Source of the DNA: Trichlorobacter lovleyi SZ
GTDB taxonomy: Bacteria > Desulfobacterota > Desulfuromonadia > Geobacterales > Pseudopelobacteraceae
NCBI RefSeq assembly: GCF_000020385.1
Contig: NC_010814.1
Coordinates: 1,800,001-1,832,000, forward strand
Length of the DNA stretch: 32,000 nt
Direction of reading: 5' to 3'
Of this stretch, positions 8,661 through 14,844 are shown one piece after another. Every line of letters starts with the position of its first letter. Position 1 is the first letter of the stretch. The position numbers were made by a program, and so were the translations under genes. The notes beneath the pieces were generated by a model, which ran no database searches, was not told the DNA's origin, and saw nothing but the letters and a program-made list of their open reading frames with translations.

Positions 8661-9515
8661 CTAGCCGTTGTTGTCGGTATCATCCTTTTCTTTGCTGCAA
8701 TTACGGCAGCGTGCAAGTGCTTCACGGGTGTCATTCAGACGTGCCACAATCCGTTGATAATTACGGGCCAGAATGGACAGTTCACCATATCCTGATTCCA
8801 GCTGTTGTTCAAAGTCACATGGTTTTTCGTCGCTGGTAACAGCGAGCAGTTTTTTCAGTGGAACAAAGAATGAACGGTTCAGCAGGGCAGCAACTCCCCC
8901 CACCGTGAGAACCAGCGTCATAAGTGTAAACACTATCATACGGTAGCGCATCAGGGCGAGTGAATTTTGAAGTGGTCCCTGATCAAGCCCGATATCGAGC
9001 ATCCCGAGGACTTTTTGTGAAGGAGCGTGGTAGTGGCACGAGGTGGTTGAACAAGAAGGTTCATTGTAGATCGGTTGGGTCATGGCTAATACTTCAACGC
9101 CACGCTCGTTTGTAAATCGTCTGGTCTGTTTTACCGCAGCCAGCTGTTCAGCCGGTTTTTCCCCGCTGTGGCAACCGCTGCAGCCTTCAACCTTCTTGTT
9201 GACCTGCTGGCCTATTTCAGTCTGGTTGCGTGAGAAGGTGATAAAACCGTCATGATTGAAGACCCGCAGATGTTCAACTCCTTGGTGCTGGCCGATGTTG
9301 GCAATGATACTGCCCAGGTGTTGGCGGTCGTTGTGCAGCATGGCGTAGCGGGTAGAAAGCACAACGGTGTTGGCGATATTTCGCCCCCCTTGTGCTGCGT
9401 CGTCAATCATATCCTGCTTCATGATTGAGTAGAGACTTAAGCAACAGATGGCCACAAAGCCGGTAACGGCAAGACCAACCGGAACGATGGTTCTGGTAGC
9501 GATACTCTGTAGCAT
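8661..9515 (-). CDS. Kinase-less membrane sensor: heme-motif periplasmic domain + HAMP-like tail
   Basis: 284 aa with RBS GGAGGTG. The layout is TM, a periplasmic domain with CSGCH and CSTTSCH, a second TM and a short cytoplasmic helix region. The periplasmic part is colinear with that of kinase 4122-5744 (GVE(H/R)(L/I)R..N.DG.I, C..CH, EPSCST..CH.HA...VLG..DI). Confidence 0.75.
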   Translation of the reverse strand: MLQSIATRTIVPVGLAVTGFVAICCLSLYSIMKQDMIDDAAQGGRNIANTVVLSTRYAMLHNDRQHLGSIIANIGQHQGVEHLRVFNHDGFITFSRNQTEIGQQVNKKVEGCSGCHSGEKPAEQLAAVKQTRRFTNERGVEVLAMTQPIYNEPSCSTTSCHYHAPSQKVLGMLDIGLDQGPLQNSLALMRYRMIVFTLMTLVLTVGGVAALLNRSFFVPLKKLLAVTSDEKPCDFEQQLESGYGELSILARNYQRIVARLNDTREALARCRNCSKEKDDTDNNG

Positions 9516-9559
9516 TGGGCACCTCCGTAGATAGCGCCATGAGTTACATCAGTAAGTTG

Positions 9560-9599
9560 AAAAAGGGCCGACAGAGGGGTGCGCCTCCCTCTGCCGGCC
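9560..9599 (-). terminator. Rho-independent terminator after the dodecaheme cytochrome gene
   Basis: The minus strand reads GGCCGGCAGAGGG-loop-CCCTCTGTCGGCC followed by CTTTTTC. Confidence 0.75.
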
Positions 9600-9607
9600 A
9601 TAACATT

Positions 9608-10621
9608 TCAGGAGCTCTTATGGCACTTCAGGCAGTCGCCTTTGACCGAGAAGGCTGACTTCCCGTCATGGCAGGCGCCGCATGATGCGCCTTTTTCAAT
9701 CTGTTGCATGGTGGTACGTTTACCATTGCCGTAGGGGTACAATTTGGTGTGACAGTCATTGCACTGGAAGGCAGCGGTGTGGAACTCATGGCTGAAGTGG
9801 CCGATGACCGTGCCCTTTATATTTTTAAAGGTCATTTTTGCAGGCAGTTTGAACCCGGTGTGGCACTTGGCGCAGTCGCCCTTGATCGAGAAGGCAATCT
9901 TGCCATCATGACATGCTCCACATGATTGTCCTTTTTCCATATCAGCCATACTGACCCGTTTGTTTTTCTTCATGTCCGGCTTGACAATGGTGGTGTGGCA
10001 GTCTTTGCAACTGTAAGCCGATGTATGGAAGGCGTGGCTGAAGGTTGCCTTGGGCACTGGTGCTGTTTTGTAGGTCAGCTCCGGGCTCTTGTGGCATTTA
10101 CTGCATTTGTCGACACCAAAGGCCTTTTTGTTGTTGTGGCAGAAACCGCAGGATTTGCCTTTTTCCATCTCGGCCATGCTGACCGTGGGGTTTTTACCGG
10201 TCTTGTACAACTTGGTGTGGCAGGTGGCACAATCTTTGACCTTGGTCAGGTGCTTGGTGTGGCTGAAATGGGTAGGCCCGGTTTCTTTGACCTGATAGAC
10301 AATCTCTTTCACCTGATGGCATTTGCTGCACTCATGGGCGTCAAAGGCCTGCTTGCCGTTGTGGCAGGCACCGCAGGATTGCCCCTTGTACATATCAGCC
10401 ATGGTGTAATGCTTCTTGCTCTTATTGCCGGTGTGACAGGTGGCACAGCTAAAAGCGGCATTGCCACGGGCGGATTTTTTTGCAAGGTGTTTGGCATGGC
10501 TGAAGACAACCTTGCCTGCCTCTTTGGTGTCGTAACTGATATCTTTCAACTCTATCGCACCGGCCTGGGAGGCGATCAGGCCGACCAGTCCTGCCAGTGC
10601 AAGTGTTAGGGCGCGTTTCAT
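9608..10621 (-). CDS. Dodecaheme c-type cytochrome built from four c7-type triheme units
   Basis: 337 aa with a signal peptide and 12 CxxCH motifs arranged as four repeats of ~75-80 aa (F.H..H....C..CH ... M....G.SCG.CH.GK.AF....C.KCH). Confidence 0.9.
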   Translation of the reverse strand: MKRALTLALAGLVGLIASQAGAIELKDISYDTKEAGKVVFSHAKHLAKKSARGNAAFSCATCHTGNKSKKHYTMADMYKGQSCGACHNGKQAFDAHECSKCHQVKEIVYQVKETGPTHFSHTKHLTKVKDCATCHTKLYKTGKNPTVSMAEMEKGKSCGFCHNNKKAFGVDKCSKCHKSPELTYKTAPVPKATFSHAFHTSAYSCKDCHTTIVKPDMKKNKRVSMADMEKGQSCGACHDGKIAFSIKGDCAKCHTGFKLPAKMTFKNIKGTVIGHFSHEFHTAAFQCNDCHTKLYPYGNGKRTTMQQIEKGASCGACHDGKSAFSVKGDCLKCHKSS

Positions 10622-10679
10622 AACGATCTCCTGAATCCTTCCGCCTGTGGTGTGTCAGGCGGAAGGATGGTCGGTTATA

Positions 10680-12011
10680 TTACTTGCTGCTTGCCGCTTC
10701 GGCCTCTGCAATGGCGGCTGGCTGTGGTTCAAGTACTGCATAGTCGCTGTAGCGGGTCTTCCATTTGAACAGGATCGGCCAGCGGTACAGAATTGCACGG
10801 TAGGTGACGATGTAGACCGAGTAGACCGTGACGGTGATGATGATCTCGCGGATTGGCGGGATATGGACATGGCCCTGCTGCCAGTTAAAGGTAAACATGT
10901 AGACATTCAGGCGGTTCAGCACAACACCGATAATGGTTGTCCAGGCGCCCAGCCGTACCAGCGCGACACTGTTGTTTCTGATGCCTGCGGTTAACAGAAT
11001 CAGGGAGAGAATTACGCCAAATCCGATTTCAAACATCCACCAGGCACCCCAGCCGGTTCCCAGATAGGCCCACTTGTTGTCATGGGCAATACCGATCAAA
11101 CGGATGGTCAGGTAGGTGATCAGGCCCATGGAGGCACCTTTGGCCAGGGCGATCTGCAGTTTGCTCAGGCTGTTCTTGAAGGTGTCATCGCAGCGCCATT
11201 GCATGGTCTTGACGGCGATGGTACTGACTACGATTACCATGCAGAGGCCGCCGGGCAGCGACGATACAAAGAAGTAGAGCCACTGGAAAGAGGATGAATA
11301 CCAGAGCGGATGTACTTTGCCCGGTGCATAGGTGGAGAGTGCGCCCAGAGCGCCCTGGTGCAGGGTTGAAAGGATAATACCGGCTACTGCCAAGCCCAAT
11401 GCCATCTTCTTCACAAAGGTTTTGCCGGCTGGCCAGCCCATCCATTCAAAGAAGGCGGTTGAGGTTTCAGCAGCCTGTACCGACAGGTAGGTGGCAACGT
11501 GCCAGGCCACCAGGAACAGCACCGCCTCAGGCCCCCAGGAAACCACCATCGGGTAGGGCAAACGCCAGGGTTGGCCAAGGTCAACCATCAGGAACATGAC
11601 TGCAAAGAAGTAACCCAGAATACCGTTCAGGATGCCCAGGCGCTCAATCGGCTCAAAGTCATGCCGCCCAAACACCTCAACCGCAGAGCCCAGCTGGAAA
11701 CCTGATGATGAAAGCGGCACCATGCCGAACAGACCAAAGGCCAGAAACAGACCCCAGGCGTTGTCGTAGGGGTCACCCACGGCCCAGGAAAGGCCGAAGA
11801 TATAGCGGCCGATCAGCACCGGGAAGCCGATCAGGAAGATCACGGCAAAGATCCAGTTCAGCGGGTTACTCATGGCCTGTGACAGATACTGCTGCGGGGT
11901 CAGGCCGAGGAAGATCTTTTCCATCAGGGTCCAGGGACGACCCTTATCATCATCCTTACGCAGACTGCTGATGATCTGCGTGTTGGGATTGCGTGTCAGA
12001 AACTGTTTCAT
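10680..12011 (-). CDS. NrfD/PsrC-family polytopic membrane quinone-interacting subunit
   Basis: 443 aa and highly hydrophobic, with about 10 TM segments. Its start overlaps the FeS-subunit stop (ATGA). It sits in the NrfD position of NrfCD/PsrBC/ActBC-type modules. Confidence 0.8.
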   Translation of the reverse strand: MKQFLTRNPNTQIISSLRKDDDKGRPWTLMEKIFLGLTPQQYLSQAMSNPLNWIFAVIFLIGFPVLIGRYIFGLSWAVGDPYDNAWGLFLAFGLFGMVPLSSSGFQLGSAVEVFGRHDFEPIERLGILNGILGYFFAVMFLMVDLGQPWRLPYPMVVSWGPEAVLFLVAWHVATYLSVQAAETSTAFFEWMGWPAGKTFVKKMALGLAVAGIILSTLHQGALGALSTYAPGKVHPLWYSSSFQWLYFFVSSLPGGLCMVIVVSTIAVKTMQWRCDDTFKNSLSKLQIALAKGASMGLITYLTIRLIGIAHDNKWAYLGTGWGAWWMFEIGFGVILSLILLTAGIRNNSVALVRLGAWTTIIGVVLNRLNVYMFTFNWQQGHVHIPPIREIIITVTVYSVYIVTYRAILYRWPILFKWKTRYSDYAVLEPQPAAIAEAEAASSK

Positions 12012-12916
12012 TGGTGATCTCCCTCCTCATGGTCATGGTGGCCATCCTTGTTCTTGGTCGCCAGCAGATGTACGCCGGTGAACAGGGCCGGCCAGATGGA
12101 AAGTACCATCGGTACGAATCCCAGGAAGTCTTTGACGTTGGAGATGATCGGCTCATTCTGGATATGGCCGTCCATACCGACCTTGTCGAAATCAACACTG
12201 CTCAGGTACATCCAACTGGTGCCGCCAACGGCCTTTTCACCATATAACTTGTCCACATATTTGCCGGGGTTGGCCTGAATCCGGTCATGACCCAGCTTGA
12301 TCAGGTCTGCCCTGCGGCCAAAGGTCATCACCTGCTGAGGACAGATTTCTACACATGCGGGAGGCTTGCCGTCTTTCAGGCGGGTGTCGTAACAGAAGAT
12401 GCATTTTTTAACCAATGGGTTCAGCGGGCTTGAGTAGCTGTAAGCCGGGATATTGAAGGGGCAGGCGATCATACAGTTACGGCAGCCGACGCAGACCTTG
12501 GCGTTGTAGATAACCGCGCCTTCCTTGGTCTTGGTGTAGGCGTTGACAAAGCAGGAGCTGAGGCAGGCCGGCTCAGTGCAGTGGTTACACTGAATCTTGC
12601 GGTACAGGGTATCCTTGTCGGCAACTTTGTACTCGTTGACAATGGTATAGGCCTTTTCTGTTGTACGACGCTTATCCTTGAATACTGACATGTCATCAAA
12701 TGGCAGATCCGGCTCCGGCAGTTTCTGTTCAGCATTGCAGGCAGCCTCACAACTACGGCAGCCTACACAACGGGTCAGGTCAACCAGCACCCCCATAGCA
12801 TCCGGGTATCCTTCAAATGAACCGGCAGCCATCGCCTTGCCACTGGCAACGCTTACGGTCGCAGCGGTCACACCGCAGGCCAGGCACCCTTTCAGAAAAT
12901 CTCGACGTTCAATCAT
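12008..12916 (-). CDS. Tat-exported 4Fe-4S ferredoxin-type subunit (NrfC/HybA/PsrB-like) with C-terminal TM anchor
   Basis: The start is taken at ATG 12916 (RBS GGAAGGAGAA), giving MIERRDFLKGCLACG, a twin-arginine signal. Cluster motifs are CVGCRSCEAAC, CNHCTEPAC, CVGCRNCMIAC and C..C...CVEIC. The longer track ORF start was rejected. Confidence 0.88.
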   Translation of the reverse strand: MIERRDFLKGCLACGVTAATVSVASGKAMAAGSFEGYPDAMGVLVDLTRCVGCRSCEAACNAEQKLPEPDLPFDDMSVFKDKRRTTEKAYTIVNEYKVADKDTLYRKIQCNHCTEPACLSSCFVNAYTKTKEGAVIYNAKVCVGCRNCMIACPFNIPAYSYSSPLNPLVKKCIFCYDTRLKDGKPPACVEICPQQVMTFGRRADLIKLGHDRIQANPGKYVDKLYGEKAVGGTSWMYLSSVDFDKVGMDGHIQNEPIISNVKDFLGFVPMVLSIWPALFTGVHLLATKNKDGHHDHEEGDHQ

Positions 12917-12947
12917 GGTACACGTTCTCCTTCCCGTGGATATCGGT

Positions 12948-13478
12948 TCAGTGGTGTGCTGTCTTTGGTTTGGCAGGCGCCTTGGGGGCATGTTTGCCGG
13001 ACTTGAAGATGGCATCTCCGCCGTCATTGCGTTTGTGGCAGTCCTGACAGCCGGTGGGGCCGTTCATCTTCTGGTGGCAACCCAGGCAGCTGATATGGTA
13101 GGCGGCCTTGAGGCCCGGCTTGTCGCGATGGTAAACCGGTGGTTGCTGATCGCGCTGCTGTTTGAGTGCTTCAGGGGTAAATGGATCTGCAACGTGGCAG
13201 CCCTTGCAGCTGACCACCGGTTGGGCGCCACTGTTTTTGTGACAGCGGGCACAGTTAGGATCGGTTACCTGGGCACCGGTGGTGTGGTGGTGACAGAGGC
13301 CGCAGTCTTTCAGCCTGTTGATGTGTGCTGCATGGTTAAAACTGACCGGTGCGTAGTACTTCTGAATTGAACCGATGCTGACCTTGTCCGGGATACCGGC
13401 GCCAAAGCAGACGTTGGACACCAGCATCATCAGGATGCCTGTTATTCCCAGGATCATCTTTTGTTTTACTGCATGCAT
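12948..13478 (-). CDS. Membrane-anchored pentaheme cytochrome c (c3/ActA-like)
   Basis: 176 aa with an N-terminal hydrophobic anchor. It has 5 CxxCH motifs: CGLCH, CARCH, CKGCH, CLGCH and CQDCH. Confidence 0.88.
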   Translation of the reverse strand: MHAVKQKMILGITGILMMLVSNVCFGAGIPDKVSIGSIQKYYAPVSFNHAAHINRLKDCGLCHHHTTGAQVTDPNCARCHKNSGAQPVVSCKGCHVADPFTPEALKQQRDQQPPVYHRDKPGLKAAYHISCLGCHQKMNGPTGCQDCHKRNDGGDAIFKSGKHAPKAPAKPKTAHH

Positions 13479-13501
13479 AGCCCTCTCCTTGTAAAAGATG
13501 G

Positions 13502-13528
13502 CCGGTATCTATTTGCTGCAGATACCGG
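13502..13528 (-). promoter_or_regulatory. Intercistronic stem-loop between the 58-aa gene and the pentaheme cytochrome gene
   Basis: The 9-bp inverted repeat CCGGTATCT ... AGATACCGG has a 9-nt loop and no clear U-tract. It may be an attenuator or an mRNA stability/processing element. Confidence 0.4.
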
Positions 13529-13552
13529 TAGTTAGTGCAGAAACGGATGCTC

Positions 13553-13729
13553 CTAATGGGCTGCTTCCTGGGTACTGTTCTTGCCACTCATCATGTAGCG
13601 GTAGAACATCGGAAAGCCGACAAAGAATGCGACGCAGATCAGGTATTCAACCGTTTTGATGTACTGGTAAAAATCCACCAGCGTGTAAACCGACTTGACA
13701 TGTCCAATTGCACTGAATAACTCCGTCAT
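13553..13729 (-). CDS. 58-aa single-TM protein (family T, copy A), not in the ORF track
   Basis: Hand translation gives MTELFSAIGHVKSVYTLVDFYQYIKTVEYLICVAFFVGFPMFYRYMMSGKNSTQEAAH. RBS AAGGAGGAAGG lies upstream. It shares 51/58 identical residues with 17670-17846. Confidence 0.8.
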   Translation of the reverse strand: MTELFSAIGHVKSVYTLVDFYQYIKTVEYLICVAFFVGFPMFYRYMMSGKNSTQEAAH

Positions 13730-13795
13730 GATCCTTCCTCCTTTTATCTGTGCCGACCAATGACCGGCTGTATTTGCTATTCTTGATGCCCGGCG

Positions 13796-14176
13796 TTATG
13801 AGTTTTTCATATTCTCAAAGGCGCAGGCCACGGCCTGGCGCAGCTCTTCACGATCTGCCGGATCAATCGGCTTCAGGGAGTGGTAAAAGATCCCTTCCTT
13901 GCGCATCTTGCGGATAACCGGTAGTGAGGTCTCGTCCGAAACCAGTATGATGGTCAGATCACGGCTGCACTTCTTCAGCAGCGGGATCAGTTCTGCTGCT
14001 GCAAGTTCGTCAAATTCACTGCTTAACAGCACCACCTGGGCTGATTTTTTTAAAATTCCGTGCAGTACATTGGCGGCCGAGGTGGTTACCATCACGTTAT
14101 AGCCGGCCTCAATGCAGAGGTCGGCCAGCACCTTACGGGATTCAACGTTTTCATCTGCTATCAGAACACCTTGCAT
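13796..14176 (-). CDS. Stand-alone receiver-like (pseudo-receiver) protein lacking the phospho-acceptor Asp (copy A)
   Basis: 126 aa with a CheY-like pattern (VLIADEN..., TIILVSDE, FYHSLKP). The acceptor position reads VVLLSSEF, with S where D is expected. It is paralogous to 18155-18541. Confidence 0.75.
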   Translation of the reverse strand: MQGVLIADENVESRKVLADLCIEAGYNVMVTTSAANVLHGILKKSAQVVLLSSEFDELAAAELIPLLKKCSRDLTIILVSDETSLPVIRKMRKEGIFYHSLKPIDPADREELRQAVACAFENMKNS

Positions 14177-14205
14177 AGCGGTTACCTCTGTCCTTTAGGG
14201 AAAAG

Positions 14206-14460
14206 CTACTTCTCGCCTTTTCCCTTAAAGGGGGAGAAGGTGGCCTCAGCCTGGTTGCTGGAAAACAGCCCTTTCATCATTGATGCAAACATCACGATGG
14301 CCGGTGCTGCCTGGAACAGGACCAACATCACACCAAAACCGATGAAGAACCAGACCAGCATCATGCCATTGCCACCCTGCTCTAAACCAGTTGTTGCGGC
14401 GAATGAGGCGGTTGCGCTACCGGTGAGCATAGGGACCAGTGTTTTTGCTGCTGCTTTCAT
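14206..14460 (-). CDS. Small signal-peptide + single-TM protein, family S1 (copy A)
   Basis: The start is taken at ATG 14460 (RBS GGGGGAGA), giving 84 aa: MKAAAKTLVPMLTGSATASFAATTG...LVWFFIGFGVMLVLFQAAPAIVMFASMMKGLF. The longer track ORF start (14571) has no RBS and would run through the predicted promoter. Confidence 0.75.
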   Translation of the reverse strand: MKAAAKTLVPMLTGSATASFAATTGLEQGGNGMMLVWFFIGFGVMLVLFQAAPAIVMFASMMKGLFSSNQAEATFSPFKGKGEK

Positions 14461-14509
14461 GATCTCCCCCGAGTGGATCTTGAGAATTATTAAAATACAC
14501 TTACAATAG

Positions 14510-14525
14510 AGCACGCATCGTGCCA
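14510..14525 (-). promoter_or_regulatory. Sigma54 (-24/-12) promoter
   Basis: The minus strand reads TGGCAC-GATGC-GTGCT with exact GG-N10-GC spacing, about 50 nt upstream of ATG 14460. Confidence 0.75.
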
Positions 14526-14616
14526 GTATTGGATCGAACGGGAAGTTGGTTTTCAACATGCTGATATACATAGGTAATTATTGGGGTATAGGATGTGCAA
14601 AACGCGGTTTTGATTT

Positions 14617-14633
14617 GTGTATACTGTATACAC
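14617..14633. promoter_or_regulatory. Perfect 8-1-8 palindrome, candidate enhancer (UAS)/operator
   Basis: GTGTATAC-T-GTATACAC lies about 95-110 nt upstream of the sigma54 promoter at 14510-14525. That is the usual distance for an enhancer-binding-protein site. Confidence 0.4.
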
Positions 14634-14785
14634 CATTGATACATCAAGGTAGGTGTAGGGCAGTTGCTTGTCTCTGTTGTTGATTTAAATACCTGTTGCT
14701 ATTGCATAATATTAAAGTGTATGAATTTTTTATACGAAGGGTGGGGTGTATGAAACAGGTGATGGCTCAAACAGGCTTCTGAATA

Positions 14786-14820
14786 TGAAAAAGCCTCCCC
14801 CGGAAAACAGGGAGAGGCTT
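14786..14820 (-). terminator. Rho-independent terminator after the 490-aa cytochrome gene
   Basis: The minus strand reads AAGCCTCTCCC-TGTTTTCC-GGGGGAGGCTT followed by TTTCATATT. Confidence 0.75.
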
Positions 14821-14844
14821 GACAGCGAAGGCCGCTGGCAGATT

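Noticed and set aside
9926-10609. 227-aa ORF antisense to the dodecaheme cytochrome. Similar long antisense ORFs occur at 12678-13370, 4443-5357, 3377-4021, 28220-28867, 25036-25614, 31297-31878, 15298-15837, 5370-5912 and 1038-1538.
   Set aside because: All lie fully inside strongly supported genes on the other strand. They lack RBSs and have low-complexity or biased composition typical of shadow ORFs.
13535-13720. Track ORFs 13535-13720 (+) and 17643-17843 (+), 61 and 66 aa
   Set aside because: They are the antisense shadow of the conserved 58-aa minus-strand genes. Those minus-strand genes have strong RBSs and membrane-protein-like sequence, while the plus-strand frames have no RBS and an odd composition.
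14461-14571. N-terminal extensions of track ORFs: 14206-14571, 18553-18810, 6818-7135, 12008-13027, 20619-22055 and 27317-30370
   Set aside because: In each case an internal ATG preceded by a good Shine-Dalgarno gives a canonical signal peptide, Tat signal or TM start. Several extensions would run through predicted promoters or overlap the upstream gene.
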